A stretch of DNA of 64,000 bases from Psammoneis japonica. Lineage: Eukaryota. How positions within the stretch are numbered: the stretch's first letter is position 1; each line of letters starts with the position of its first letter. The position numbers were made by a program, and so were the translations under genes. The stretch covers positions 62,001 through 126,000 of the forward strand of contig QPGO01000078.1 in the NCBI GenBank assembly GCA_008632985.1. The letters are read 5' to 3'. The notes beneath the pieces were generated by a model, which did not search any database, had not been told where the DNA came from, and was given only the letters and a program-made list of their open reading frames with translations. Below, in pieces: positions 1-12,454 of the stretch.

Positions 1-101
1 TTCTCTTCTTTTCTTTTATCGATTAATAGCAATTCATAGCGACTACTTTGGCTGCGGTAAAATTATCTAGATTGAAGAAACTGTAGTCGTTCGTCCGTTT
101 A

Positions 102-190
102 GATCTTTCAAAGGCTCTCAGTCACACGTCATTATTTGATAGCCTTCGATCTTTCAAAGGCTCTCAGTCACACGTCATTATTTGATAGCC
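102..190. repeat. Perfect 43-bp tandem duplication (102-144, 148-190)
   Basis: GATCTTTCAAAGGCTCTCAGTCACACGTCATTATTTGATAGCC occurs twice, separated by TTC. Confidence 0.95.
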
Positions 191-233
191 GTCTACGTAT
201 CGTCTCTGCTCAATGAAACTGAAAACATGGCGA

Positions 234-1502
234 TCAAATGAGTTTCTTGACAATGAGCGTAATGTCATCTCTGTACCAACTCTCATTCTTGGGTGAAACA
301 GCGAGAATCGTGTCAAGGCAAGTCACCAGCGGGTGATGATTCTTTCCCCTGTAGAAGCAATCAGCAAAGCGCTTGGCAAAAAATTGTGGGCGGCGTGCAT
401 CCCATAAACCATCACTGGCGGCCAATACGAAACTTTGTTGTGGCAACAACGTTTCGAGATTCAGTACGTCCACAATCGGTTCAGCCGTCACGCCAACCGC
501 TCCCCACTCCCAATCACCAATGCTACGACTCATTGCCAATCCAATCATCTCATGGTAAGCGACATGAGCCGTGCTATAAACAATCACCCGAGAAAGGGCT
601 GGATTATTTGGTGGAGTATGAATGGTGCCATTCAACGCCTCAATCCTTGCACGTTCGTCTGGCAAATGTGGCTTGTCTCTACGACTCGCATAGGTTACGT
701 TCTCGGCATTGGAAGATACCGTAACCACAAGTGTTCGGCTATCACCAACATTTGCTATAAACAGCTTGTTTCCTCGTCGTAGAGTAACTGACGCTGTGCA
801 GCCACCCAGCATGGCATTTGGAGGTGCGTTGGCGTCAACCTCCACAAATGTATCCTTTAGGGTTTGCGCAATCCATGCATCATCCTGTATCCCTGAAACT
901 TCATTGAACTTTCTTGCCAATGCATATGGAAGCTCCTTGGATGCATAACGAGCTACGAAATGTCCGTGTCGACCATGACCATCAAAAATTCCAATAAAAA
1001 AGTCAGAGGACGAAACCGTCTGCAACGTCGGAAAAGGATCCAACACAATGGCAGCATCCTGGTTGCCGGTCGGCTTTCGATTACTCATACGAGTCAAAGT
1101 TGCCATATCCATTGTTCCAAAGGGGAGAACGGGAGGCGGTTTTCTCGGATATTTGTTTCTAAATGTTCGAATGGATTCAATGTCATCTCGAACGTCGTCC
1201 ATTTCGTGAGGGAAAATTGGGCAACCATAATTTTCGCAGTCACTTTCAATACGACGACCGTTGTTTTCATTCGCTGTAAAATCGGGGATGCTCTTTTCAA
1301 CAGAGGTCGCCAAAATGCTTCTAGAGTACCACCTTGTACACGTCAATGCCAATCCAACTAAAACGCACAACGAAATTCTTTGATATCCAAAGGATCGTGC
1401 TTGGACCACGACTTTTTTCCCGTGAATTTTTTCTTCGTCGCTTTTCACAGAATTTCCAAGGCGTGAGGAGAGCCCTATTGATTGAGATGCTCGTGATCTC
1501 AT
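234..1502 (-). CDS. PP2C (PPM) family protein phosphatase with possible N-terminal membrane anchor; start uncertain (ORF open to 1679)
   Basis: PP2C motifs NQDA, IFDGHG, GCTA, ANVGDSR, LAMSRSIGD, LASDGLWD, DDIT. Confidence 0.9.
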   Translation of the reverse strand: MRSRASQSIGLSSRLGNSVKSDEEKIHGKKVVVQARSFGYQRISLCVLVGLALTCTRWYSRSILATSVEKSIPDFTANENNGRRIESDCENYGCPIFPHEMDDVRDDIESIRTFRNKYPRKPPPVLPFGTMDMATLTRMSNRKPTGNQDAAIVLDPFPTLQTVSSSDFFIGIFDGHGRHGHFVARYASKELPYALARKFNEVSGIQDDAWIAQTLKDTFVEVDANAPPNAMLGGCTASVTLRRGNKLFIANVGDSRTLVVTVSSNAENVTYASRRDKPHLPDERARIEALNGTIHTPPNNPALSRVIVYSTAHVAYHEMIGLAMSRSIGDWEWGAVGVTAEPIVDVLNLETLLPQQSFVLAASDGLWDARRPQFFAKRFADCFYRGKNHHPLVTCLDTILAVSPKNESWYRDDITLIVKKLI

Positions 1503-2022
1503 ACAAGAGTCATCAGCATTTAGGTAGTGCCGCAGCTCTATGCCGCGTTGGCGAAATGAGAAGGAAGGATAGATCGCAAAAATCAAAGATCTGGTCCCGT
1601 AATCCCGCACTGTACCGTACAGAGTGCAGACCTTGATTTGATGGACGACGAGGAAGAGAAGATAGAGCAAACAAAGCATCCTGGTAGTCTAGTTACCCTT
1701 GTGGATTGAGTCTCTGGTTTGACAGACCTGTTTTACTATGTACCGTAAGGTGTGCTAGTGTGCACATTCCTCACATTCAAAAGTTGAAAATTGCTCAAAT
1801 TTTATCGACTAATCTACCGGTTGCCATCATGCTTCACCATGTCTTACCTCGTAACTTCAACCAGTTCGACTTTCGATCTGCTAACTTTTTTCCTACCCTA
1901 CCATCGATTTTATTAGGTACTTCTAGTCATCCAACGAATATTGAAAATGAAGAACTGAGCTACTTTAGCTCTCTTATTCTAAGTACTGTGCATCCTGAAA
2001 ATCCAAGCTGAGCACACAACAT

Positions 2023-2625
2023 CTAAGATGCAAGCTTAGAGGTGATGCCAGCAAAGTGTTTTCCGTGAGACTCGGCAATTTCCAGCTCAAGGTCCGAAGG
2101 CGTGCGTGATCCGTCGGCTCCGGCATAAGTGCCACTTCCATAGGCACTAGCACCGTGAATCTCATCAAAGGTGAAGACCTTTGGCTCCGTGTATCCAAGC
2201 GGAACAAAGACCATACCCAAATGAGTAAAGTAGGGAATGCAGCTGAGGTTGACAGTTTCCTGTCCTCCACCCATGGTTCCGACACTGGTGAAGGTTCCAG
2301 CGCTCTTTCCGACAAGAGCACCGCTCTGCCAAAGGGATCCAGTGGAGTCCATGAATGCTTTCATTTGCGCGGGGAAGGTTCCAAATCGTCCCGAAAGACC
2401 AAACATGAATCCGTCGTACTCCTTCATTTTATCAGGAGTAATAATGGGAAAGTCTGGTTTGGGAGGAGCTCCCATCTTGCCGAGAATCTCGTCGTTGAGG
2501 GTTTCAGGGACTTGGAAAATGTCAACGACTGCACCCGCACTCTCGATTCCCTTCTTTACAGCCTTGGAGAGAGCAGTGATGTGACCGTACATTGAATATT
2601 GGATGATAGCAATCTTAGGAGGCAT
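2023..2625 (-). CDS. wrbA: Flavodoxin-like NAD(P)H:quinone oxidoreductase (WrbA/PST2 family)
   Basis: MPPKIAIIQYSMYGH, FQVPETL, GRFG..PAQMKAFMDSTG.LW, GGGQET, GASAYGSGT..G.DGSR.PS..EL. Confidence 0.93.
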   Translation of the reverse strand: MPPKIAIIQYSMYGHITALSKAVKKGIESAGAVVDIFQVPETLNDEILGKMGAPPKPDFPIITPDKMKEYDGFMFGLSGRFGTFPAQMKAFMDSTGSLWQSGALVGKSAGTFTSVGTMGGGQETVNLSCIPYFTHLGMVFVPLGYTEPKVFTFDEIHGASAYGSGTYAGADGSRTPSDLELEIAESHGKHFAGITSKLAS

Positions 2626-3217
2626 CTTGTTGTCGTTTGGTGCTTCGCGAATGAGAAGAGAACACAGCACATCGATGTGAGAAAACAAGGTACAAGGAAA
2701 TGGAATGATTAGACTCGCACGTAATCGACCAATGGCCAATGGCCTCCGATAAAACTTTAATATCTTTAGGAGAAACTTACCTTGATATATCCTTCTTCGT
2801 TTCTTCCGTGATGTGAAATTCAATTTTGTGTGACGGTCTGACTCCAGACTTCTTTTATTGCTTTCATCATGTTGGTCGGAGAGCTTGTGCAGTTCGCCGA
2901 TCGCCGGCGCCGATCTGGATCGCCGATGCCCTTTTTTCCGAGTGAGTCGTGGAAGGTTGGTCGCGAATTGAGAGTGACGTCACTCAACGTCACCTTTTAC
3001 ATAAACGATTGATGCGTTTTCCGTTTCACTCATCCACATACTGTAAGTCTACATTCGGCAATGAAGGGGTGTGGTTGAGGGCGTAAGTACTACTGAAGAC
3101 TCTAGTAGACGATGCTTTTATATGCTGCATCAAATAAAACAAACTAAAACTTTTTTTTGATAGAAAAGATTTTTTTGATGTGCTGTCCTACAGAGCGCAG
3201 CTTTGAGAGACGTAATT

Positions 3218-4069
3218 TCACTCCCCTTCGTCACTGAAAGTATAAAGCCTTTTCAGTGTCTTCCATCCACGGGGCAAAACGTAATCTCCGTCAGCTTCTG
3301 TTTCCGATGCTTTATCATCGCCATCAAGCTCGGGTTCAGCGCTTTTCTCCTCATTAAGCTCTCCGTCCATCTCCTCCACTGCTGGTGGTGAGACGACATA
3401 TTGAACCTGCCACACATCACAATTGTCAAATAAAAATGAAAGTCCCAGCAAGGCTTTAAAGTATTGCGAATGTCCAACAATGGCGATATCGTCTTCTGGT
3501 TGTTCGCTTAACCATTCTTTAAATGATGCCATTCGATTCGCAAAGGACTTTGAGTTCCCAGGCAGCCACTCTTTTGGTGTCTTTTCAACCAACATATCCA
3601 GCTCTAAAACACGATCAACACCCTCTGCTTTGGTAATCTCCTTATTTCCCTCTGTAGCGCAGTTCAACATGCCTCTACTTGTTTCTCGAGCTCGTTTCAA
3701 CGGAGAATGAGCCACCAGCTTGATTCCTCTCGTTTGAAGGAAATTGTCATTCGCCAGCTGTTTGCCGACTTTTTCAATCTGTGTCTTTCCTACGTGGCTT
3801 ACGTCAGAGTCAATCATGCCATAAATATTTACGAGACCCGCTGAAGACTTTACATCGTCCTTGGAGGGCAGGGACAAACCTCCGAGCGTCTTGACGCAAC
3901 GTTTCAGCGACGCTAATTTTCGGTTTTCTTCAGATTCGGCGTGACGAATCAAATAAATCGTCTTTGTTTCGCTCGCTTTCGGTGCTTCGGTGGAACCCAT
4001 GACTTTAGTGATGGATAATAAGCTTAGCAACAAGGTCAATGCCACACTACCAACAAGGAGTCGTGGCAT
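3218..4069 (-). CDS. Histidine phosphatase / phosphoglycerate mutase-like protein with N-terminal signal or anchor
   Basis: IYLIRHAES, HSPLKRARET, IAIVGHS motifs; hydrophobic N-terminus. Confidence 0.85.
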   Translation of the reverse strand: MPRLLVGSVALTLLLSLLSITKVMGSTEAPKASETKTIYLIRHAESEENRKLASLKRCVKTLGGLSLPSKDDVKSSAGLVNIYGMIDSDVSHVGKTQIEKVGKQLANDNFLQTRGIKLVAHSPLKRARETSRGMLNCATEGNKEITKAEGVDRVLELDMLVEKTPKEWLPGNSKSFANRMASFKEWLSEQPEDDIAIVGHSQYFKALLGLSFLFDNCDVWQVQYVVSPPAVEEMDGELNEEKSAEPELDGDDKASETEADGDYVLPRGWKTLKRLYTFSDEGE

Positions 4070-4399
4070 AAGGAACGAGTGTTACAGTATTGACTCTTTA
4101 GCTGTTGGCTTTTTTGATTTTGTCGTGGTGCGTGGTCGGTGCTCCGGTCGCATAGAGCATATTAATGAATATAGATATATATATATGAGTTAGCCGGGGT
4201 AGGGCTCTAGTAGGCTAGTTCCGTGTATCTGCGCGTTGTGTAGTTACACGGATTGGATAAAAAAGCTTCATCCATTTCATTTTCGCTCCCTATGTATGAC
4301 CGGTGTAGATACTCGTTCATCATAAATTTTTTCATTCCGGACACTGTTCTTTCTATTTATTATATAGAAAATGGATGTTATATAGTTAATGCAGTCATA

Positions 4400-6800
4400 C
4401 TGTACGAGTAAGGGGTGGTTGTCGCGCGCAGTTTTCGCGGGCTGTGCGCGTGAGATCCGAATCGATTCTGGCGCCGTTGTCAGTATGTTGTTAGGTTTTT
4501 GCTGTCATCTTGGCGTGGTATCGATGGTCTCTGTGTGTAGTATGTTAGTAGTCGTTCCGTATGAGTGGTCTGGCGCGAGTGGGGGTCATTTAGTGTTTGT
4601 AAAGGGACAGACCAGCTCCATCCTCCCATTGAGGACGTCTTGAGCTGATCTGGGACGAAGGGATGCGTGATCCCCTGAGGCAACGGTGAGTCGCCCGCAC
4701 CAAAGTGATGCTCGTTCTCGCGTTAACATAGCCGCATACCTCTGAATATGGCTTTTGCCATTTCTCAGCTAGTTTTGCAGAGATTCTGCGCAGCGCTGCT
4801 TTGGCTTCCTTGCCAAACAGTCCGTCGCATGATGCGACGAAGGGAGTGAAGTGACGTCGTTGCTCAAGGCAGGGCTTGAGGTGCTTACGCTTTTTCTCTC
4901 GTTCGTGTTGTTCCAGAACTTCTTCCGGTGTCTTGGACAGGTGTGACTTCGCGTCCGTGTCCGGAGTGGGAACATCCATGATGGTGTCTGTCCTTTTGTC
5001 CCAAAATCCTTTGGACAAAAGATCTCCGCGGTCATCCTTGGACATGTTGGAGTTTGTGTTGCCTTGGGAGTTGTTGGAGGAGCCTGGGCTTCCTGAGATA
5101 TGACCAATGGGGTTAATGAGGGGTTCGTCGCGTACGCAGGAGGGCTTGAAGGCCGTTCCAACTAGGTCACCGAGGTCATCACGCACATCGTCGTGTCGTG
5201 AGATGACTGGGCCACCCTTTTTGCACTGCAGGGCATGGGCGATGAAGAATTTGCAGGCGCATCCATCGCAGTGCTCCGGGAGGTTGGGGGGAGTGCAGCC
5301 ATGTCGCAGATGGAGCGCGTCACGGAATTCTAGACAAGAGAGTTCCGTGCCGTTTATGATCGATGGGCACACCGACAGCCATGCTCCAGTGCTGGTGCCA
5401 TGCTTGACAGCTCTGGCTTTTAGGTCGGTTAGAGTCCGGAGGATTGTCTTGAGTTTCTCCTCGTGCATCTTGGCTTTCCTGTTGGCTGCTTCTTCCTTCA
5501 CTTCGCGCATGGTGTCCTTGTGGACTGCTGAAGAGAAATCTGAGCGGCCGCGGAGTGAGTCCATCACGTGAGAGCACGTGAGAGCACTTGCTTCATAGTT
5601 TTGGGATGCAGACTCCGTTGGACGAGGGATGGACAGTCCTGCAAATTTGATTGGGAGGGCAGATGGGGCCAGTCTCAGATCGTCATCTGCCAAGGTCTCG
5701 CCAATTGGTGCTGGAAGGAATTGGCGCTGGATCGCGCTCTCTGCTTCCGCAAAGGATTTGCCGCAGTCCTTTGCCACCCATTGGACGTGTTGCCACTGGT
5801 GTTGCAGGGACTTTTGAAGACCGGCGTGGGCAGTCTGCAGATGATGAATCACCACATTTGCGAGTCCTTGGACGACCGAGGTCCACGACTCGGCTTTCTC
5901 CGCTGGCCATCGGTCGCGTGCATCCGTCTCTCCGACGAAGCCTCCGAGGCAGCGGCTGCCTGAGCAGATGGTGAAGCCGAGGTCTCCAAAGCACGCCCTG
6001 GCGCTTTCCAGGTTGCGTTCTGGGACTGCCAGGATGTTCTTTTTGTCAGTGGCAGGGCAGCAACCATGCTTGGGTCCTTCGACTCGAAGAGTTAAGAAAA
6101 ATTCCTCAAGGATGTTGAATTTCCCAGCTGCAGCGGAGTCGTCGGCGCACCATGGCGTGAAAGCATCTTGGTGGATGTCATTCAACTTGTGGACTGGTGG
6201 GAGAAGGCCCAGTCCATGGGCTGCCATGCCAAGTGGGTCGCCCTGCGTGACACCTTCCTTGCTGAACAGTGTGAAGGTGGTGCCAAAGTGTCCGCGGACA
6301 ATTGGGATGCTCCAATGCTTGTAGCTGTTGAAAGTGAACCTGGCGCCGGATGGCCAGAGGTGTCTGACGTTGCACAACATCAGTGCTCTGTTCTCTTCGT
6401 TGAATCTGTTGGAGGCGTCAACGAAGAGGAAGCTGCAGTCATCCTCGAACTCATGCTGTTCCCAGAGGAGATTCATCGCATGAATCGCGCCTTCGATGCC
6501 TGCTTCTAGACCTGCACACAGCTGATCCGTTCCACAGGCTTCTTTGGCCTCTGCTCCAGCGACTGGGAGAACGGCTTTGGCCATGGCTTGTTGCCACACC
6601 TCTCCTGTGCCGACCGGGCGCACTCCCGGGTTTTTGTCTAGCGCGATGAGTCGCTTTGCCATGATTGCGCGGCAGGCGGCCCATGGGGGCGATTCATTGG
6701 CCAGCCAGTTTGTGAATGTGCGCAACGCTTCACGAAGCAATCCACTGGCTTCTCCACAGCGGAGCAGCCACTGCGACACTGCATTGGCATCGGATCTGCC
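4400..6800 (-). mobile_element. 5'-truncated CRE-like non-LTR retrotransposon (RT + zinc finger + restriction-like endonuclease), hypermutated; ORF 4590-6851
   Basis: RLIALDKNPGVRPVG, QLCAGLEAGIEGAIH, EGVTQGDPL, WCADD (YADD), CDGC..HALQCKKGG..RHD, RGDL, EKKRKH, FTPFV.S.DG; element ends approximate. Confidence 0.9.
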
Positions 6801-7407
6801 AAGCTTTGTGTGTGTTAAATTTGCCAAACATTTTTCACATGATCTCCTCAAGTGGACACCCCGTGCATAATTCTACGTCCTTTTCACGTGGGATTTCTGA
6901 TCAAATTTTCTGCCCAATTTGTTCCTGCGGGACTTGCTCAATCCTGTTAACCGCCCCCCACAAGACCCAACATGCGTCAATGAGGACACAATGAAAATGT
7001 CTTTCATGACTGCAAATCTACGACCACACGATTCCATGGCCACACAAACATGATGCAAGAACAAATCCATCACCCTGTCATTCCCTGCAACACCCTCTTG
7101 CGATGTGTGAATTGCCGCACCCGGAACCTTCCGCCCAATGCCAGAATGACGCACACATTGTTTTTTGTCTGCATCCCAATGGAAGCCGGTGCAACTGATC
7201 CATGCCTTTTTTGACTGTGTGTTCTTCTTCTCAGAATGCTCTTTGTCGAAAAAAAGGCATGCACCGAATCAGACCATGATGGTCCTTTTTTGTCACTGAA
7301 CAATCTCACCCCGTCCTTGCTGTCGCTGTTTTCGTTCTTGGAGATGAAGGACGGCATTCTTTTTTTATCATGTGTGAGTTAGCCGGGGTGGGGCCAGTTG
7401 GTCGCGC

Positions 7408-8085
7408 ATGTTTGGGTTCGATGTGACCGTCCAACTAGCCACACCCTGCAGAAAAAGCTGTTGGTGGCGCGCGAGCAGAGGCAACAACGCAAAAAAATGG
7501 CGTGGGGCGTGGGTCAAACGTTGTGACATGACACGGCAACAAGCAATGAGAAGAATCCCAACTGGACCCAGAAATGCATTGCACAAACATTGTCCAACAG
7601 GTTTGATCTCATCTGGAAACACCAGCTGGCAGACAAGTGAACGGCGTTCACGTTGCTCGCCATGGTGTTGTTGTGTGTTGTCGTGAGGCTGCTGTTGTTG
7701 CGCACGAAGGACGGACATCTATTTTGCCCACAGTGACTCTGTTTTGGCAACAGTGGAGTTTTAGCCATGTACAATCTTAGGACAATTTGAGAAGCGCTTC
7801 GCGACAACTCTGTTCGGGACGTTAAATAGAAATTTTTTTTATGCAGATTTTAAAACATGTTTTGGGGTGTTCCTCACTTTTTTGAATTTGGGCATGCATC
7901 TTTTCAAGACCGCAGCAATGTCAATGATGTGCAAAACCCCAAGAGACCCACATAAATTTGTCTTTAATGTAGACAACGTAGACTGTGTGCCGGCGGAAAA
8001 TCCACCGCACGTCAACTCACTCAGCAGCAATTCCACATTTGTTCCACTTGCACCTCACACACATGCACACGCCTGCACAGTCTAA
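7408..8085 (+). repeat. ~700-bp dispersed repeat, copy 1 (copy 2 at ~18920-19620)
   Basis: Shared blocks such as TTTGATCTCATCTGGAAACACCAGCTGGCAGA, ATTTTGCCCACAGTGACTCTGTTTTG, GAAAATCCACCGCA.GTCAACTCACTCAGCAGC. Confidence 0.85.
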
Positions 8086-8249
8086 CAACCGCGCACACGT
8101 GCGCGAGACAATCACCGCAGTGGATTGAACCAACGCCACTGTAACAGCAGACGTGGTGCACCACATGGAGGTCGTCGCAGCCACGCAGGGTTTGCTCGTC
8201 GTCACAGTGGTTCTGGTCTTGCTGGTGTTGGCGGTGTCTGGGGTGGTGG

Positions 8250-9190
8250 GCGTGGACATGGCCGTGGTGGTGGCCCTCCTTTTGCATCTCATGGTGGAAC
8301 ATCGCACGACGGCAGTGATGGTGACGGCAACAGTGTTGGTGGCAACATCCTTGCAACCGGTGGCCGTCCCAAGCCCTGCTGATGGATGTCATGGTGGACA
8401 TTTGTGTGACAGCAGTGGGCGTGGACATGGCCGTGGTGGTGGCCCTCCTTTTGTGTCTCATCATGGTGGAACATCGTGTGATGGCAGTGATGGTGACGGC
8501 AACAGTGTTGGTGGCAACAGCCTTGCAACCGGCATCCGTCCCGTGACCAGCCCTCCCTGTGGATGTCCTGGTGGACATTCGGATGACAGCAGTGTGCGTG
8601 GATGCAGCCGTGGTGGTTGCCCTCCTTTTGTGACTCATGGTGGAACATCTTCCAACGGCAGTGATGGTGATGGTGACAGGGTTGGCGGCGACAGCCTTGC
8701 AACTGGTGGCCATCCCGTGATCAGCCCTCCCGATGGACATCGTGGGGACATTCGGATGACAGCATTGGGCATGGTCATGGTCGTGATGGCGGCTCTTCTT
8801 TTGCATCTCATGGGGGAACATCGTCTGACGGCAGTGATGGTGAAGGCGATGGGGTCAGCGGCGATGGCCTTGCAACTGGCAGCCTTCCCGTGATCAGGGG
8901 GGTCATGGTGTGCAACATCGCGGTGGGGGCTGTCTCGGCCGCAGTGGGGGCCGTTGTGGCAGCCGTGGTGTTGGGCGTGGACAAGGCCGCGGCCGTGGCC
9001 GTGGTGGTGGGTGTGGTAGAGGCCGTGGTGGTGGTGGGCATGGATGTGGCTGTGGTGGAGGACGTGGCGGCCGTGGTGGTGGTGGGCGTGGATGTGGCCG
9101 TGGTGTGGGCCCTCCTTTTGCATCTCATGGTGCACCATCGGATGACGGCAGTTTTGGTGGTGGCACGGGCAACAGCCTTGCAACCGGCAG
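8250..9190 (+). repeat. Degenerate tandem array (units of roughly 170-180 bp, ~5 copies) encoding Gly-rich GHGRGGGPPF.SHGGTS.DGSDGDG
   Basis: Recurring GGCCGTGGTGGTGGCCCTCCTTTTG..TCTCATGGTGGAACATC and GGCAGTGATGGTGACGGCAACAG. Confidence 0.8.
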
Positions 9191-9245
9191 CCGTGGTTCT
9201 GACACTTTTGTCAGCCCCAACTCATCTTCTTGATCGGTTCCCGCG

Positions 9246-12200
9246 TTGGTCATGACAGGTGCTCATTGGGACACCACCTCATCACCCGGCGAACCGGTGC
9301 TGAAGAGGAGGAGATGGCTCAAAGAACGGCACAGTGACTCTGAGACAGATGTGCTTGGCAATGAACGGCACAGTGACTCCGAGATGGATGGGCTTGGCCC
9401 GAACAACCAGATTCCAAATGTAGATGAGTTGGCCAGTGAGTCTGATGACGACAGCGATGCCAACACAGAGGTCAGCTGTGACTTCCTTCAAGGTCGGCAT
9501 GTCGACTCGACGTCTGATGATGTCGACGATGATGGTTTCGGTCAAATGCACTGCCCGGACAGGGCCTGTGGGTGTCAGACTCTGTTGGATGACCCCGTTC
9601 AACCTTCCGTGAGTGCGTCAATTGATTGCACAAAATCCGCCAAGCCCACCGATCTAAAGTGTGAAAGCATCAATGTTGCTTGTGCGGACTCGGAGTCTTC
9701 ATGCCGCCACAAAACTCATCTGTTGTTTGAAATGCGCAACGAACCCATTGCCGCTTTCAAGGATGAGGACAGCTCCAATCTCACCTGTCAGCACGCCCGG
9801 CACACATCATGTCTTGGCGTGTGAGAGAGCCGATCATGGATTTGTGATGGCGAACAAGCTTGAGTGCTCACCTCATTTTACTCTGGGGGATTTGATGCTC
9901 GCCAGCTGCAAGTTAAAATGCAATCATTTGAACATCCAACATGCCGAGGCAAAGGCCGGCAAGCACAACACCTTGAAGCATGGGGGGAATGTCGCGTTTG
10001 CATCCATTGGCGAGGAAAGCTTTATGGAGGACATCCTGTCTCTTGACCTTGAATCCGCATGGTACAATGTCATGGTGAAGGATGATGAGTCGGATCCTCG
10101 GAAGAAACATGTGGCGCAATGTGGCCCCAGGGGCAACCGAGGATTTGCCATCGGAATTTGTGGGGACCAGTGTGTTGATTGTGACGAAGATGGGATTGCT
10201 CATCCAGAATTCAAGACCGGGACCACCCGGTGCACTCCTTTGATGTTGGCATTCAACAAACTTTGCAAGAAAGCTCACTCTGCATTCCTTCCCGACGAGC
10301 CGTTCATGGACAAAACCCTGTTTCCCACTGGGAGGAAAGACTTCGCCACAAAAATTCATGAGGAAATGGACCTGGAGTTTGTTTCTTGCAATTTTTTGAT
10401 GCATCTGAACGATGGGTCGTACATTGGACCGGACCGTTTAAAGCGTCACACCGACTCACAGGGGTGCCGCATGTGCAGTGACCTGCATGATGCATGGCAA
10501 ACGTTTGTGTGCAAATGCACCAATGTCAGGGTGACGGCTGCAACAACGGGTGGTTGGAAAAATTCAGTGTCTGACTGTTGTGAAAGGATGGAAATTTTTG
10601 GCAAGGCAAGTGATCACTTGATGCACCAGTGCAACCAACTGCCGGCCGAGCAACGCAAGGTGGTTGCCGCCCTCCACTGTCCAGACACAGTCCCTGTCAA
10701 GACAACACCCGTTCATTGCCAGCCATTGGTCCAAATGGCGTCACTGTTTGACGAGATTCTCAGAGTCTCCAATGCACTGGCCGAGGATGGCCGCACAATG
10801 TCGGGTTTCCTGTTTTTGGAAATGACACATGGTTTTCATGCATTCTCCAACAATGCATGCCGATGTGAATTGTTTCGTCGTTCTTACATGGAGGTGAGTG
10901 AGTGCGATCCTTTGCCTGTTGTCCATTGCATTAATTTCATCGGCTGCTCTCACTCCCGGTTGCTTCTGTCATTTGCCAGGATTGGGGCCACTCGTTTCGC
11001 CCTGGTTGGTCGTGCGCCAAGGAGCGCCGCAGGTTCCTGGGACAGAACTTCCCATCCTTCGATGGTTGCCGTGACTTTGACGGTGAAAAGGTCGGTGGCA
11101 TCCGATTCCAGTCGACACAGTCTCACCCTGTGATGGATGACAGTTCCGACAATGCCTGCCGAGAATTGCACATGATTGTGTCCCCCCACCGCAATGTTTC
11201 CATCTCCCATGTCGCGTGCAAGAAACTCATCAAGAAAATAATTTCAAAAGTGCCCGGTGCACAAGATCTGAAGTCTCAAAAGGTTGTCACCGGTGGTTTT
11301 GCCCTGGCGAAAGAATTTGACATCAATGTCTTGAACATGACGTATCCGGGAAGTGACACAGGAATGAAGAAGCTTTGTTTGGCTGGCTTCGACATTCCAA
11401 ACAAAGAATCTATGACAATGGTTGTCAAGAGTGCATCTACAAAGACGAAATTGCCCGTCATGAATGGTGAAGAAACAACTTGTGTCGTCACGCGGTCGAT
11501 CGGTGACGGCCGCCGTAATGAGGGCGAGGACAGCATTCCTCGCAACGTTCCCACTCCCTTTTCACAACTGAATGACGATGGATTGCCTGAGGTTTGTTTG
11601 TCGGACAAGTCCAATGGCCGACGACCATGATTGCTGCAGCGGATTCATCTAAATTGGAGCTTGGATCCCACGGCAAATCATCATGTGCCGACCTGGGCGC
11701 CGGTGAATTGCAATTCGGCCGACACTGTGAGTCAATGTCTGGCCACGAGAAAGCTGTCTCTCATGGCAAGAATGCCCACACTGAAAAATTGTGAGTGGTC
11801 TCACAAGGCCAGGACTGCCGTTCAGGGGCGGGAGAAGTTGGAATGGATGACACTGTCACTTTAACGGATTTCTCCGACACCGTGGCTGTGTTGCAGAAAT
11901 TGTTGAACAAGGGACAACACCTGGCGCTTCATGATCCATCGGAATTTGTTGCAACCAAATGCTCGGGCATCCAACGCAAATCTCTGGTTGAATCAATCGA
12001 AACCAAGAAGCACTCTGACGGCTCTTTCGAGGCCAGTCTATCCTGTTCCGACATTCCCCGACATGTGAAGACCGCTCAATTCGGGTCGCTTCACAAAGAC
12101 CACTTGCCACCACTTGGACCAGTCGGCCAGGACAAGGGATTGCACAGCACCAGACATGATGCCTTGAGCGCATTGTTGTTGACTCTGATGTTTGAAACCA

Positions 12201-12454
12201 ACTGTGGAAATGGCAGGAGCTGGTTGTGGCACTGTCTTCGAATTGCTCGTGAGTTTCTAGCGCTGTTGCCGTCGTCTAAAAAAAATCCATCTGTGGTGCG
12301 GGTGGTTGCAACCGTGTGCAGAGAATCCAAGAATGCATCACGGGAGCCCCGGGTGCATGCAAGACACTTGTCCGAGAGCGATGGAAAGGCACTGCATCCC
12401 TTGGAGGTGGCAAGAGATGCCCATGGTCAATTGGATGGTTTCTGTTCGTTGTGA
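9246..12454 (+). pseudogene. Large hypermutated gene of unknown function inside the repeat block, with an intron at 10894-10979
   Basis: Collinear ORFs 9246-9824, 9661-10893, 10980-11630 and 11795-12454; removing the GTGAGT...CAG intron joins the frames; Tyr nearly absent, His/Cys in excess. Confidence 0.55.

Noticed and set aside
2626..2823. N-terminal extension of the WrbA-like ORF
   Set aside because: Non-ATG start; family similarity begins at MPPKIAII (2625).
4590..6851. Alternative genetic code, or RNA editing that restores Tyr from CAY/TGY
   Set aside because: Neighbouring host genes use TAY normally, and the same changes occur in non-coding TIRs and TSDs.
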